A stretch of 63,873 bases of DNA, the filler included, from Acidimicrobiia bacterium (GTDB taxonomy: Bacteria > Actinomycetota > Acidimicrobiia > Spongiisociales > SHLN01): the NCBI GenBank assembly GCA_041619515.1. It is 3 parts of 3 records of this genome, joined end to end, with 100 filler letters (N's around TTAATTAATTAA, not from the genome) between each part and the next. Parts side by side here need not be neighbours in the genome. Positions count along the whole stretch, not along the records: positions 23,172 to 45,383 come from JBFKDW010000048.1; 2 more parts are not named here. The stretch is one strand, 5' to 3'. The notes beneath the pieces were generated by a model. The model did not search any database. It worked only from the letters and a program-made list of their open reading frames with translations, and was not told the DNA's origin. Every line of letters begins with the position of its first letter. Within the stretch, counting starts at the first letter, position 1. The translations under genes were made by a program, and so were the position numbers. This document shows positions 30,412 to 44,167 of this stretch, piece after piece.

Positions 30412-32058
30412 ATGGCTCGTGTAGCCGGCTGGTGGGCGGCTGCGCAGGCGAAAACCGTCGTCGCTGCTTGCCTGATTCTGGTGGCCGGGGCCTGCGCCGG
30501 CTCCGATGAGGATGGGGCGGATACCACCACGTCCACTTCTCTCGCCCCGACGACATCAACGACCTCCCCCACCGTGCCGTGGCCAACGCACGGCTGGCCG
30601 GCTTCTACGCCCGAGGAGCAGGGAATCGATTCGGGACTGCTGGCCGATCTCGTCGACCAGATCGTGACAGACGAAGGCATCGACAGCGTGATGGTGGTCC
30701 GCAATGGGCACGTCGTGCTCGACACGACCATCTATCCGTTTCCCGACGACACCGGCCACGCGATGTACTCGGTCACCAAGAGCGTCATCGGAACGCTGGT
30801 TGGGATCGCAATCGACCGTGGGCTGCTGGCGGGCGTGGACGTGCCCGTGGTCGATCTGCTGGAAGAGGCCGCCCCGGAGAACGTCGAGGCCGGCAAAGTT
30901 GCGATGACGGTGGAGCACGTCCTGACGATGGCCACCGGACTGGATTGCCGCGACTCGGCACTCTACGGATATCAAGGCTTCCCGGACTTAGTGTCGAGCG
31001 ACGATTGGGCCGCCCACGTGCTCGCGCTTCCGATGACGGAGGACCCCGGTACCCGCTTCGAGTACTGCAACGGAGCCTCGCATCTGTTGTCGGAGATCAT
31101 CACGGCGGTCACGGGCGCACCAGCGTCGGAATTTGCCCAGGACGTGTTGTTCGCCCCGCTCGGGATCACCGACGTCAGGTGGCCGGCCAATGCCGACGGG
31201 GTCACGGTCGGCTTCAGTGAGCTCGTGATCGAGCCCTCCGACGCGGCGAAGATCGGGTACCTGTACCTTCGAGAAGGTGAATGGGATGGGGACCAGGTGG
31301 TGTCCCGGGCATGGGTCGAGGCCGCCACCACCGCCCACGCGTACGGAGGAGTTGTCGGTCGGTACGGGTATCAGTGGTGGGCCGACGCCGCCGGCGTCTC
31401 AGTGACCGCTCGGGGCGCAGGAGGCCAGTTCATCCATGTCGTGCCAAAACTCGACCTGGTTGTGGTGTTCACGGCCGGGCTTCCCCAAAACCAGGAGGGC
31501 CGCCCCATTGAGCTCATGCAACGTTATGTGCTGCTCGCCGCCAAGCCGGACCCTCTTCCACCAAACCCCGACGGATTGGCCCGGCTCGAGGCGGCGATCG
31601 AGGCAGCCCGCACCGGACCGCAGCCGTCCCCCGTCACGTGGCCGGACATGGCGGAATCCATCGACGGTGCTCGGTTCGAGTTCGGGCCGGACGAATCGCC
31701 GCTCGAGTGGTTCACGCTCGCGTTCGACGACGAGTCCGCTCGCCTCACCATCGAGGGCCTTGCGCCCGACATCGACGGTTATGAGGTTGCCGTCATCGGA
31801 TTCGAGCCGGTCGAGGGTCCGGTCGAGTTCGAGATCGGCGTGAACGGTCGCTTTGTGGTCGGTGACCTGTACGGGCTGCCGACGGCATGGCGGGGTCGGT
31901 GGGTTGCCGACGACACATTTGTCGTCGAGTTTCAGGTTCTCGGCCGCACCTCCGACCGCGGCACCTTCGAGTTCACCTTCGGAGACGACACCGCCGAGCT
32001 GCGGTTCCGAAACCTCTCGGGGGTGCCGCTTGTGTCCACAGCCGTTCGAGCCATCTGA
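30412..32058 (+). CDS. Serine hydrolase (beta-lactamase class C-like) lipoprotein
   Basis: SVTK, LTMATG, FEYCN, YGYQWW, ARGAGGQ; Thr-rich linker. Confidence 0.87.
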   Translation: MARVAGWWAAAQAKTVVAACLILVAGACAGSDEDGADTTTSTSLAPTTSTTSPTVPWPTHGWPASTPEEQGIDSGLLADLVDQIVTDEGIDSVMVVRNGHVVLDTTIYPFPDDTGHAMYSVTKSVIGTLVGIAIDRGLLAGVDVPVVDLLEEAAPENVEAGKVAMTVEHVLTMATGLDCRDSALYGYQGFPDLVSSDDWAAHVLALPMTEDPGTRFEYCNGASHLLSEIITAVTGAPASEFAQDVLFAPLGITDVRWPANADGVTVGFSELVIEPSDAAKIGYLYLREGEWDGDQVVSRAWVEAATTAHAYGGVVGRYGYQWWADAAGVSVTARGAGGQFIHVVPKLDLVVVFTAGLPQNQEGRPIELMQRYVLLAAKPDPLPPNPDGLARLEAAIEAARTGPQPSPVTWPDMAESIDGARFEFGPDESPLEWFTLAFDDESARLTIEGLAPDIDGYEVAVIGFEPVEGPVEFEIGVNGRFVVGDLYGLPTAWRGRWVADDTFVVEFQVLGRTSDRGTFEFTFGDDTAELRFRNLSGVPLVSTAVRAI

Positions 32059-32124
32059 CGGTCCGTCAGGCAGATGGCAGCGGACCGAAGCCAAGCGCCT
32101 CACACTGCCTACAATCCGCCGTGT

Positions 32125-32196
<72 letters not shown>

Positions 32197-32213
32197 CGGC
32201 AACGCCTTCGGCG

Positions 32214-32420
32214 TTGCTTGGGAGTTGCTTCGCAACTCCATGGCAATGACGCGGCCTGTGACGCGGCCTGTGCACGGCGGCTTCGCAACTCCATGGCAAT
32301 GACGCGGCCTGTGCACGGCGGCTTCGCAACTCCATGGCAATGACGCGGCCTGCACGGCGGCTTCGCAACTCCATGGCAACAACGCGGCCTGTGCACGGCG
32401 GCTTCGCAACTCCATGGCAA
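32214..32420. repeat. Tandem repeat, ~41-bp unit, 5 copies (family B)
   Basis: GCTTCGCAACTCCATGGCAA at 32227, 32280, 32321, 32360, 32401 with near-identical linkers. Confidence 0.9.
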
Positions 32421-32552
32421 ACCACGTTCGTGCAGGGCACTGGGCTCAGCGGTGTCGCTTCCGCCGGCCGACTGCGAAGCTCGCCACCATCGTCAACAGG
32501 CCTCCGCTCACGAGCAGCGTTACCAGTGGCTGCAAGGATCGTTAGGCGACCA

Positions 32553-33119
32553 TCAGTCTTTCTTTCCGAAGAGCCTCCGGAAGAGCTTGCCGATCCAGCT
32601 CATGAGCCCGCTCAAGAACAGCGAGAAACCCTTGACCTCACCGGCCTCGATCGCAGCCGCTTCTTCGACGGTGGCGGCCGACATCTTCGCCTCCAGGCAT
32701 TCGACGAACTCGTCGATGAGCCGCTTGGTGATCTCTTCAACCAGTCCGCTCCGTCCGAACTGAGCGATGGCTCCCGACAGCGAGATGTCGGCATCGACCG
32801 TCACCACGGCGCCGCCATCTGCGCCGGCTACCTGGTAATCGACCTTGACCTGCCCGCGGCTTCCGCCGCTCCGGTCCACCCCCTTGCCCTCGATATGGCC
32901 GGCCTTGGCGGCATCGTCGCGGGTGACCGTCGCCTCGCCTTCGAACTTGGCGGTCATCGGGCCCAGCTTCATCTGCACCGAGCCTTCGTACGCCCCCCCG
33001 CCCTTGTCGGCAGTGAGATCTGCCCCCGGAAGGCATTGCGCGACCGACGGGACGTCGGCGAACGCCTCCCACACGTCGTCGGCGGGTCGCTTCACCTCGA
33101 AGGTGTTGGTCAGCTTCAT
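32553..33119 (-). CDS. coxG: CoxG (SRPBCC) CO dehydrogenase accessory protein
   Basis: VW....D...VAQCLPGA, KLGP, G.IAQFG. Confidence 0.88.
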   Translation of the reverse strand: MKLTNTFEVKRPADDVWEAFADVPSVAQCLPGADLTADKGGGAYEGSVQMKLGPMTAKFEGEATVTRDDAAKAGHIEGKGVDRSGGSRGQVKVDYQVAGADGGAVVTVDADISLSGAIAQFGRSGLVEEITKRLIDEFVECLEAKMSAATVEEAAAIEAGEVKGFSLFLSGLMSWIGKLFRRLFGKKD

Positions 33120-33132
33120 CTTGCTCCTCTTC

Positions 33133-34089
33133 TCAACCGACGAAGCTCGCCGGCTCGTTCTCGAAGGCTTTCCGGCACCCCGGTGCGCAGAAGTAGTACG
33201 TGGTTCCCTGGTAGTCCGACGTCCAGCGGGCGGTTTCGATGTTGACCACCATCTCGCACACGGGATCGATCGCTTCTTTCTGCTGCGCCACGGTGACGCC
33301 GGTGGCGAGGCCACCGGTAGCTTGCAGCGCCACCATCTCGGCCAGCACTGCCACTGCGATCTCGTGATTGGGCAGGCTCCCCAGATCGAGGCCGGCCGGG
33401 GCGTGGACCCGCGAGAGCGCTTCCTCGCTTGCTCCGGCGTCGCGCAGGAACTCGATGATCGAATCGGCTCGCTTGCGCGACGCGACCAGCCCGACATATC
33501 CGGCTGGAGTGGCCAGCGCAGCCTCGAGCGCCTTCTCGTCGTAATGGCCCTGGGTGGCAACGACGACGAAGTCCCGCTCCCCGATCGCCAGGGGGGCGAG
33601 GTCGAGAACCGTGCGCACATGGGTCACATCGAGGTGGCGCTCCTGCTCGCCGCCATCGTCCACGAGTATCGAATGCCATCCGAGCACTTCGCCCATCCGC
33701 ACCAGCGTCTCGGCGCCGGGCGATCGACCGATCACTACCAGCTGGGGTGCGGGCACGACTGGCTCCAAATAGACCTCCATTGCTCCCTCACTTTCGCATG
33801 CCATCGGCACCGACACCACGCGCTCGCCCGGGTGCGTCCCGAACTCCTCGGCAGGGCCGAGCTGCAACAAGCGCGATTGGCCATCCACCAGCGCTTGCAG
33901 CGCCTGCTTGATCACGGTCGGCTCGGCACAGGCGCCGCCCAACCAGCCGCCCATCTCTCCGTCGGCCGTGATGATCGCCTTGGCGCCCTCCCGCCCGGAC
34001 GAAGGGCCTCGTCGCCACACGACGGTGGCGAGCACAAACGGAGTCCGTTCCGCGGCGAGCAGCGCTGCGAGCGTCAGCGAATCCTGCAC
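33133..34089 (-). CDS. XdhC/CoxF family protein with C-terminal YHS domain
   Basis: GWLGGACAE, MACESEG, YVGLVASRKR, PAGLDLG, DPVCEM...YYFCAPGC. Confidence 0.88.
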   Translation of the reverse strand: MQDSLTLAALLAAERTPFVLATVVWRRGPSSGREGAKAIITADGEMGGWLGGACAEPTVIKQALQALVDGQSRLLQLGPAEEFGTHPGERVVSVPMACESEGAMEVYLEPVVPAPQLVVIGRSPGAETLVRMGEVLGWHSILVDDGGEQERHLDVTHVRTVLDLAPLAIGERDFVVVATQGHYDEKALEAALATPAGYVGLVASRKRADSIIEFLRDAGASEEALSRVHAPAGLDLGSLPNHEIAVAVLAEMVALQATGGLATGVTVAQQKEAIDPVCEMVVNIETARWTSDYQGTTYYFCAPGCRKAFENEPASFVG

Positions 34090-34091
34090 GC

Positions 34092-36470
<2,379 letters not shown>

Positions 36471-36480
36471 CGTGGTCTCC

Positions 36481-36945
36481 TCAGCTCTCGCGGATCAGGT
36501 CGCCGGCGTGCTGCACGGCCTTGACGATGTTGACATACCCGGTGCAGCGGCAGAGGTTGCCGCTGATCGCCCAGCGCACGTCGTCCTCGGATGGTTCCGG
36601 GTTCTCCTCCAGCAGAGCCGCTCCGGTGAGCATCATCCCCGGGGTACAGAACCCGCATTGCAGGCCGTGCTTCTCCTTGAAGGCAGCCTGGATCGGGTGC
36701 AACGCTCCGTCCTGCTTGAGGCCCTCGACCGTCGTCAGAGATTTCCCGTTTGCCTGGACGGCGAACATGGTGCACGTTTTCATGGGCGTGCCGTCGACCA
36801 GTACCGTGCACGCTCCGCAGCTGGTGGTGTCGCAGCCGATATGGGTACCGGTGTTTCCGGTGCCCCGGATGTAGTCGACGAGCAACTGGCGAGGCTCCAC
36901 TTCGTCGGTGCGTGATGTCCCGTTGAGGGTCACGTTGATCTGCAT
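36481..36945 (-). CDS. coxS: CO dehydrogenase small (2Fe-2S) subunit
   Basis: [27 protein letters not shown]. Confidence 0.95.
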   Translation of the reverse strand: MQINVTLNGTSRTDEVEPRQLLVDYIRGTGNTGTHIGCDTTSCGACTVLVDGTPMKTCTMFAVQANGKSLTTVEGLKQDGALHPIQAAFKEKHGLQCGFCTPGMMLTGAALLEENPEPSEDDVRWAISGNLCRCTGYVNIVKAVQHAGDLIRES

Positions 36946-36953
36946 CTGCTCTC

Positions 36954-37823
36954 CTATCCCTGTGCCTGTGCCAGAGCCGTTTCCAGGCCCCGTCTGGTGT
37001 AGACCCTGACGATCTCGCGTTTCCATTCGGCCGTGCCGCGCACGTTCGTCTCCGGGTTGGCGGCCTGAGCGGCCAGCTCACCGGCTTCGCGGAAGAGCTC
37101 GTCGGACGGGGTTTCGCCGACCAACACGTCCTCGGCGGCGCTCGCCCGGGTGTTCTTGTTGTTGACCGCAGTGAGGGCGATGCCCGCTTTGGCGATCTTG
37201 CCGGCGTCGTCCAGCTCGAGCTGGCTTGCCACCGCCACCGTGGCGTAATCGCCGATCTTGCGCTCCAGCTTGAGGTAGGCGCCTCCACCCTTGCCCGAGT
37301 ATTTCGGCACCCGGACTTCTTCGACGATCTCTCCCGGCTGCAGCGAGTTGGTGAAGAAATCGACGATGAAGTCGTCGATCGGTATCACCCGCTCGCCGCC
37401 GGCCGATCGAGCCACCACCTCGGCCCGGGCGGCCAGCATCACCGAGTTCCAATCCCCCTCGGGATCGCAGTGAGCGACCGAGCCGCACAGCGTTCCGCGG
37501 TTGCGCACGAGCGGGTCGGCGATCCAGGGGGCGGCAGACGCCATCGCATGGTTGGTGGTGCCGATCAGCTCGGAGTTCACTATGTCGCGGTGGCGGACCA
37601 GTGCTCCGATCCGAATGTATCCGTTGGCAGCCTCGATGTGATCCAGTCCCTGGACGTTGTTGATGTCGACCAAAAAGGCGGGGGATGCCAGCCGCAGTTT
37701 CATCATGGGAATGAGGCTCTGGCCTCCGGCCAGGACACGGGAGCCTTCCCCCTCCCGGGCCAGCGTGGCCAGAACCTCCTCGACGGTGGTTGGTGCGGAG
37801 TATTCAAACGCGGGTGGAAACAT
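36954..37823 (-). CDS. coxM: CO dehydrogenase medium (FAD) subunit
   Basis: AGGQSLIPMMKLRLA, IADPLVRNRGT. Confidence 0.93.
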   Translation of the reverse strand: MFPPAFEYSAPTTVEEVLATLAREGEGSRVLAGGQSLIPMMKLRLASPAFLVDINNVQGLDHIEAANGYIRIGALVRHRDIVNSELIGTTNHAMASAAPWIADPLVRNRGTLCGSVAHCDPEGDWNSVMLAARAEVVARSAGGERVIPIDDFIVDFFTNSLQPGEIVEEVRVPKYSGKGGGAYLKLERKIGDYATVAVASQLELDDAGKIAKAGIALTAVNNKNTRASAAEDVLVGETPSDELFREAGELAAQAANPETNVRGTAEWKREIVRVYTRRGLETALAQAQG

Positions 37824-38166
37824 CAATCCTCCTCGGAGGGACACAACGGAGACACACGAAACGAGCGATCAACTGTCGCTCCTTCGACATGCGGGCTCCC
37901 GTGGCCAACGGCTGTTTCCGACACTAATCGGCTGCGGAACCCCATGGTCCGCCGACCCAGTAATGAATTTCGCGACCTGAGCCATAGTGGCGCAGATCGA
38001 GCAGCGGCTCGTTGACGCGCAGTTCCAACGCTGGGAGGTTCGCCGCCACCGGTCTCGGCGACACGCCGTCGGCGGCGCGCGTAGTCTCGGCCGAAGAACA
38101 CCCGGAGGAGACGATGGCACCAAGCGCCCCAGCCGCCGAACCGGTTCGTCGCTAGAGAGGAGAGCA

Positions 38167-38715
38167 GTGGAAATATCAATCACGGTCAACGGGACCGCCC
38201 ACAAACGCGACATCGAGGCCCGGACGATGCTCGTCGATTTCATCCGAGAACACGTCGGCCTGACGGGCACCAACGTCGGATGTGACACCAGCCAGTGCGG
38301 CGCCTGCACCGTGCACCTGGACGGGGCGGCAGTCAAATCCTGCACGGTCCTGGCAGTGCAGGCCGACGGCGCCTCGGTCACCACCATTGAAGGTCTCGCC
38401 GTCAACGGCGAGCTTCACGAGATGCAGAAGACGTTCACCGAGAAGCACGGGCTGCAATGCGGCTTCTGCACATCGGGAATGATCATGACAGCCGTCAAGC
38501 TGGTCGAGTCCCATCCCGACATCGAAGAAGACGACATACGCCACGGCCTGGAAGGGAACCTGTGCCGGTGCACCGGGTACGAGAACATCGTACGAGCCGT
38601 CGCCGAGGCCGCCCGCCGGTTCGATCCTCACAGCCCGTGGGAGATGGAGCCGGCCGAGCACAAGATCACGCTGCGCGAAGCAGAACGCCGGGCTCGGGAA
38701 AGGAGCCGCGCATGA
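38167..38715 (+). CDS. Mo-hydroxylase (form II CODH-like) small subunit
   Basis: [30 protein letters not shown] start. Confidence 0.93.
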   Translation: MEISITVNGTAHKRDIEARTMLVDFIREHVGLTGTNVGCDTSQCGACTVHLDGAAVKSCTVLAVQADGASVTTIEGLAVNGELHEMQKTFTEKHGLQCGFCTSGMIMTAVKLVESHPDIEEDDIRHGLEGNLCRCTGYENIVRAVAEAARRFDPHSPWEMEPAEHKITLREAERRARERSRA

Positions 38716-41078
38716 CTGCCACACAACGAGCATTCGGCTCGTCCGTTCTCCGGCTGGAAGACCCCCGTTTGATCACGGGGAAGGGCCGGTTCACCGACAA
38801 CCTGTCCCGGCCGGGCATGGCTCATATGGTGGTGGTGCGGTCCCCATACGCTCACGCCCTGGTCAAGCGCGTCGATGCCTCGGCCGCCGTCGGCATGCCC
38901 GGAGTGCTGGCGGTCTACACCGGGGCCGACATGGCGGCGGCGGGCTTCGGCGGCATCCCCTGTGCCTGGGTGGTGCCGGACAGCGACACGCGAACGCCCG
39001 AGCATCCGCCTATCGCCATCGATACCGTCCGCTACGTCGGAGATGCCGTCGCCATCGTGCTGGCCGAGTCGGAGCCACAGGCCCGGGACGCGGCCTATGC
39101 CGTCGACGTCGACTACGAAACCCTCGGCGTCGTCGTCAACGCCAAGGCTGCCACCGAAGACGGTGCCCCCCTCGTACACGACGATGTGCCCGGCAACCAG
39201 TGCTTCCACTGGACGGTGAGCGGCGGGGACGTCGAGGCTGCTTTCAGCGAAGCCGACGTGGTGGTCGGCGAGACCATTCTCAACCAGCGGCTCATCCCGA
39301 CCGCCATGGAACCCCGGGCGGCCCTTGCCGACTGGGATTCTTCCATGGAGTCGGTGACATTGTGGGTCACCAGCCAGAACCCGCACATTGCCCGCTTCCT
39401 CCTGTCACTCGACACCGGCATCCCTGAGCACAAGATCCGGGTAGTGGCTCCCGACGTCGGTGGCGGATTCGGCTCCAAGATCCCCCACTATCCGGAAGAC
39501 AGCATGGTGATCTTCGCCTCGCAGAAGCTCGATCGGCCGGTCAAATGGACTGAGACCCGCAGCGAGAACTACCTGGCCACCATCCACGGCCGCGACCACG
39601 TGGAAGAGGTCGAGATGGCGGCCAAGAGCGACGGCACGATCCTCGGGCTGCGGGCCAAGACCTGGGCCAATCTCGGGGCCTACCTGTCCACGGCGTCCAC
39701 GGGGGTCCCGACGATCCTCCATGGGCTCATGCTTTCGGGGGCCTACAACATCCCGGCGATTCACGAGGACGTCTACGGGGTGTTCACCAACACCACTCCC
39801 GTCGACGCCTATCGCGGTGCCGGGCGGCCCGAAGCCACCTTCATGGTGGAGCGGCTGGTGGATCTGGTGGCACGAGAGCTGTCGATGGATCCAGTAGATA
39901 TCCGCCGCAAGAACCTCATCGAGCCGTTCACCGAAGGGCACGAGGTTGCCACCGGCCTGATCTACGACACCGGCAACTACGAGCCGGCGCTCGATCAGGC
40001 TCTCGAGATGTTCGGCTACGAGGAAGCTCGCAAACAGCAGGCCGAAGCTCGCGCCAAGGGCCGGCTGGTGGGGATCGGCGTTGTGACCTACACCGAGATC
40101 TGTGGGCTGGGGCCCTCAGAGGTAGCCGGTGCCGTCGGCTTCGGCGGCGGCCTGTGGGAGAGCGCCATCGTGCGATTCCATCCCTCGGGGAAGGTGCACC
40201 TCATGGTGGGCGTCAGCCCGCACGGTCAGGGAGAAGCAACCACCTTCGCCCAGATCGTGTCCGACCAGCTGGGCGTGGCCACCGAAGACGTCGAGGTCAT
40301 ATACGGAGATACCGACCAGACCCCGATGGGCTGGGGCACCTACGGGAGCCGAACCACGCCGGTGGCGAGCGGCGCCATCATGGGGGCAATCGAGGAGCTC
40401 AAGGAGAAAGGCATCAAGATCGCCGCCCACTTGCTGGAGGCGGCTGAAGCCGACGTGGAGTTCCACGACGGTGTGTTCTCGGTCAAGGGCTCGCGGGAGG
40501 AGGGACTGTCCATCCAGGACATCGTCCTGGCCGCCAACACCGCCTGGAACATGCCCGAGGGCGTCGATCCCGGGTTTGAGGCTTCGTCGTTCTTCAACCC
40601 GTCCAACTTCGTCTACCCGTTCGGAACCCATATCGCCCAGGTCGAAGTCGATCCAGAGACCGGTGAGATCGAGTTCCAGCGGTACGTGGCCGTCGACGAC
40701 TGTGGTCCGATCATCAACCCGATGATCGTGGAGGGTCAGATCCACGGCGGCATCGTGCAGGGCGCCGCCCAGGTGTTGTGGGAGGGCGCCCACTATGACG
40801 ACGACGGCAACCTGCTGACCGGCTCGCTGATGGACTACGCCATCCCCAAGGCCGAGTTCCTGCCCAAGTTCGAGCTCGGCAAGACCGAGACGCCCACTCC
40901 GGTCAACCCGCTTGGCGTGAAGGGTGTCGGTGAGACCGGGACCATCGGATCGACCCCGACCGTGTACAACGCCGTGATGGACGCTCTGGCGCCACTGGGG
41001 GTCAAGCAGGTGCACATGCCGCTGACTCCCGAACGGCTGTGGCGAGCTATGCGCGAGGCGCAGCAAGGAGGCAACTGA
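38712..41078 (+). CDS. Mo-hydroxylase (form II CODH-like) large subunit
   Basis: [10 protein letters not shown] motif, GGGFGSK, TYGSR, KGVGE. Confidence 0.93.
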   Translation: MTATQRAFGSSVLRLEDPRLITGKGRFTDNLSRPGMAHMVVVRSPYAHALVKRVDASAAVGMPGVLAVYTGADMAAAGFGGIPCAWVVPDSDTRTPEHPPIAIDTVRYVGDAVAIVLAESEPQARDAAYAVDVDYETLGVVVNAKAATEDGAPLVHDDVPGNQCFHWTVSGGDVEAAFSEADVVVGETILNQRLIPTAMEPRAALADWDSSMESVTLWVTSQNPHIARFLLSLDTGIPEHKIRVVAPDVGGGFGSKIPHYPEDSMVIFASQKLDRPVKWTETRSENYLATIHGRDHVEEVEMAAKSDGTILGLRAKTWANLGAYLSTASTGVPTILHGLMLSGAYNIPAIHEDVYGVFTNTTPVDAYRGAGRPEATFMVERLVDLVARELSMDPVDIRRKNLIEPFTEGHEVATGLIYDTGNYEPALDQALEMFGYEEARKQQAEARAKGRLVGIGVVTYTEICGLGPSEVAGAVGFGGGLWESAIVRFHPSGKVHLMVGVSPHGQGEATTFAQIVSDQLGVATEDVEVIYGDTDQTPMGWGTYGSRTTPVASGAIMGAIEELKEKGIKIAAHLLEAAEADVEFHDGVFSVKGSREEGLSIQDIVLAANTAWNMPEGVDPGFEASSFFNPSNFVYPFGTHIAQVEVDPETGEIEFQRYVAVDDCGPIINPMIVEGQIHGGIVQGAAQVLWEGAHYDDDGNLLTGSLMDYAIPKAEFLPKFELGKTETPTPVNPLGVKGVGETGTIGSTPTVYNAVMDALAPLGVKQVHMPLTPERLWRAMREAQQGGN

Positions 41079-41947
41079 TGCAAACCGCGCCGTTTGATTA
41101 TTACCGGCCCGACACGGTCGGCGAGGCGGTCGATCTCCTCACCTCCGTTGAAGGCGCTCGGCCGATTGCCGGGGGGCACAGCTTGCTGCCGGCGATGAAG
41201 CTGCGGGTCGCCAACCCGGCTGCCCTCGTCGACCTGGGGCGTATTCCGGGTCTCGGGGAGATCACTCGCAGCGGCGATTCGCTGATGATCGGGGCACTCG
41301 CCACCCACGCAGCGGTGGCGGCGTCTGAGGTGGCGAGGGCCGACTGCCCGATCTTGTCGGAGGTCGCTTCCCATATCGGCGATCCGCAGGTGCGCAACCG
41401 CGGGACCATCGGTGGAAGCCTGGCTCATGCTGATCCGGCGGCCGATTATCCGACACTCATGCGGACGATCGGAGCCACCATCCACGTGACGGGTCCAGGC
41501 GGGGCGGAACGGTCGATTTCGGCCGATGACTTCTTCGTGGACATCTTCACGACCGGCCTGGCGGCCGGCGAACTGGTGACTGCGGTGGAAGTCCCGGTCA
41601 TGCGTGCCGGCCAAGGTTCCGCCTACGTGAAACACCGGCATCCGGCATCCAGCTATGCGGTGGTCGGCGTAGCTGCGATTGTGACGGTTGACGGCGGTTC
41701 CTGCACCGCGGCCGCCATCGGCATCGGTGGGGTGACCGGCAAGCCCGAGCGGGCCGCGGCCGCGGAAGCTGCGCTCGTTGGCCAGGCGCCGACGGGCGAC
41801 GCGATTGCGGCGGCTGCGGCCACCGTGGCCGGAGATCTGGCCAACCCGATCGGCGACCTCTACGCCTCCGGCGAGTTCCGGGTCCACCTGGCCTCGGTGC
41901 TGACAAAGCGGGCGCTCGCCGACGCATTCGGGAACGCCTCGGCATAG
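41078..41947 (+). CDS. Mo-hydroxylase FAD subunit
   Basis: AGGHSLLPAMKLR, IGDPQVRNRGTIGGSLAHADP. Confidence 0.93.
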   Translation: MQTAPFDYYRPDTVGEAVDLLTSVEGARPIAGGHSLLPAMKLRVANPAALVDLGRIPGLGEITRSGDSLMIGALATHAAVAASEVARADCPILSEVASHIGDPQVRNRGTIGGSLAHADPAADYPTLMRTIGATIHVTGPGGAERSISADDFFVDIFTTGLAAGELVTAVEVPVMRAGQGSAYVKHRHPASSYAVVGVAAIVTVDGGSCTAAAIGIGGVTGKPERAAAAEAALVGQAPTGDAIAAAAATVAGDLANPIGDLYASGEFRVHLASVLTKRALADAFGNASA

Positions 41948-41968
41948 CGAGGACTAAGTTGCAGTGCG

Positions 41969-42862
41969 ATGTCACGCACAATCAACAACGTCGACGAGGT
42001 CCTCGAGGCTCTGGCGGCTGAGCGCTACGTAGCCGAGCGCTCGCTCGGCGTCGCCGTCCATCTTGCTCTCCAGCTCGGGAAGCCGCTTTTCCTGGAAGGT
42101 GAGGCTGGTGTCGGCAAGACCGAAGTGGCCAAGGTGCTCGCCACCATCCTCGGGACGCCCCTCATCCGGCTTCAGTGCTACGAGGGGCTCGACGTCGGCC
42201 ATGCCGTATACGAGTGGGACTACCCCCGCCAGATGCTCGCCATCCGCCTCATCGAGGCCAGGGGGGAGGGCGCCCACGCCGACGTGCACGACATCATGAG
42301 CCGCGACTATCTGGTCGCCCGCCCGCTGCTCCAGGCGGTGGAGGCGACTGCCAAGGGGGAGCGACCCGTCTTGCTCATCGACGAGCTGGACCGGGCCGAC
42401 GAGGAGTTCGAGGCCTATCTCCTCGAGATGCTGAGCGACTTCCAGGTCACCATCCCCGAGATCGGGACCATCGCCGCCGACCGACCGCCGGTGGTCATCC
42501 TCACCTCCAACCGGACCCGCGAGATCCACGACGCTCTGAAGCGCCGCTGCATCTACCACTGGATCGACTATCCCGACTTCGACCGGGAGGTCGAGATCGT
42601 GCTCCGCAAGATCCCCGACGTCCCAGAGGAGCTGGCCGGCGACCTCGCCCGGGCCATGGAGAAGCTCCGGTCGATGGACCTCTTCAAGCCGCCCGGGGTG
42701 GCCGAGACCCTCGACTGGGCGGCCGCCCTCGCAGTGCTCGGCACCACCCGCCTGTCGCCCGAGGCCGCAGATGACACCCTGGGGGTGATCCTCAAATACC
42801 AGGAGGACATCGAGCGATTGCGTTCCGGGGGTGTCGAAGAGCTGCTGGCCCCGGCGGGGTAG
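41969..42862 (+). CDS. coxD: MoxR AAA+ ATPase, CoxD-like
   Basis: GEAGVGKT, RLQCYEG, LLIDELDRAD, TSNRTRE. Confidence 0.9.
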   Translation: MSRTINNVDEVLEALAAERYVAERSLGVAVHLALQLGKPLFLEGEAGVGKTEVAKVLATILGTPLIRLQCYEGLDVGHAVYEWDYPRQMLAIRLIEARGEGAHADVHDIMSRDYLVARPLLQAVEATAKGERPVLLIDELDRADEEFEAYLLEMLSDFQVTIPEIGTIAADRPPVVILTSNRTREIHDALKRRCIYHWIDYPDFDREVEIVLRKIPDVPEELAGDLARAMEKLRSMDLFKPPGVAETLDWAAALAVLGTTRLSPEAADDTLGVILKYQEDIERLRSGGVEELLAPAG

Positions 42863-42894
42863 CCGGCGCGTGCGTGTTTGGGTTGTCACGGCTA

Positions 42895-42980
42895 CCTTCC
42901 CCTCCGGGGGAAGGGAAAGGATTACGGTTGGTCTCTCCCCCCGGAGGGGGGAGTCCGGCGCAGCCGGGAGGGGGGCGGGC
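42895..42980. repeat. REP-like palindrome (family A, inverted)
   Basis: Reverse complement of the units at 1-186 and 23341-23420. Confidence 0.8.
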
Positions 42981-43015
42981 GTGACGGCTCCCCGCCGGCC
43001 CGGAAAGGCGGTTGA

Positions 43016-44167
43016 ATGGCCGAGCCGCTGACTCACAACCTCGTTCACTTCACCCGCTACTTGCGTGCCAAGGGCTTGCGGGTGGTTCCCGACACCACGA
43101 CTGATCTCATCGAGGCCGCCGGCGCCGTCGGGTTGGAGAACCGGGAGGACGCCTACTACGCATTCCAGGCGGTCACCGTCTCGAGGCCCGAGGAGATCCC
43201 GGTCTTCGATGCCGCGTTCGATCTCTTCTTCGGAACCGGTCGGCGCCGCGTCACTCCCATCGACCCGATAGAACTGGAGGTCCATCCCCGCGGTCCGAAA
43301 GTGCACATCATCGCCCCAACTGCGGTCACGGCTGACGTGGGGGACCAGGACATGTCGGAGGTGAGCGACCAGGTCGGGGCCAGTGCGGTCGAGCGTCTCG
43401 CCACCCGTGATTTCTCCGAGCTGACATCCGCAGAGCACGCCGAGGTACAGCGTCTGATCGCCCGTATGGTGTGGCGGCCCGCCGATGCCCTCTCGCGGCG
43501 GTGGGCACCATCGTCCAAGGGAGCCCGGCCCGATCTGCGCCGGACTCTGCGCAAGATGACCGGGCCGGCGCGCGATTTGATGCTCCTCGAGATGAACGCC
43601 CCCCGGCCGCGCCGGCGCCCGCTGGTGGTGATCGCCGACATCAGTGGCTCCATGGAGCGCTACACCGAGATGCTGCTCTATTTCATCCATGCAGCTCGCG
43701 GCCGCCTCGGCAGGGTCGAGGCGTTCGTGTTCTCGACCGGCCTGTCCCGCATCACCCGGGAACTGCGCCACCGCGATCCGCGTGTGGCCCTCTCCCAGGT
43801 AGGAATGGTCGTGCACGACTGGTCCAGCGGCACCCTCATCGGTGATGCATTTGCCGAGTTCAATCGCACGTGGAGCCGGCGGGTGACCAGGGGCGGCCCG
43901 GTGGCGGTCGTGATTTCAGACGGCTGGGATCGAGGAGATCCGGCCAGGCTGCGCAAGGAGTTTGCGACGTTCGCCCGGAGCGTTCACCGGGTGGTGTGGC
44001 TCAATCCATTGGCCGGCAGGGCCGGATTCGAGCCGCAGACCCGCGGCATGCAGGCGGTGCTGCCGTTCGTCGACGACTTCATGCCCGTCGGCAACCTGGC
44101 AGACCTCACAGCCGTCGTCCGCCTCCTAGAGTCGATCCCGAAGCGCAAGGAGTTGGCACGAAGATGA
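43016..44167 (+). CDS. coxE: vWA domain protein, CoxE-like
   Basis: DISGSM MIDAS, SDGWDRG, WLNPL. Confidence 0.9.
   Translation: MAEPLTHNLVHFTRYLRAKGLRVVPDTTTDLIEAAGAVGLENREDAYYAFQAVTVSRPEEIPVFDAAFDLFFGTGRRRVTPIDPIELEVHPRGPKVHIIAPTAVTADVGDQDMSEVSDQVGASAVERLATRDFSELTSAEHAEVQRLIARMVWRPADALSRRWAPSSKGARPDLRRTLRKMTGPARDLMLLEMNAPRPRRRPLVVIADISGSMERYTEMLLYFIHAARGRLGRVEAFVFSTGLSRITRELRHRDPRVALSQVGMVVHDWSSGTLIGDAFAEFNRTWSRRVTRGGPVAVVISDGWDRGDPARLRKEFATFARSVHRVVWLNPLAGRAGFEPQTRGMQAVLPFVDDFMPVGNLADLTAVVRLLESIPKRKELARR

Noticed and set aside
32214..32420. CRISPR array
   Set aside because: Inter-repeat sequences are near-identical and about 20 bp; no cas genes
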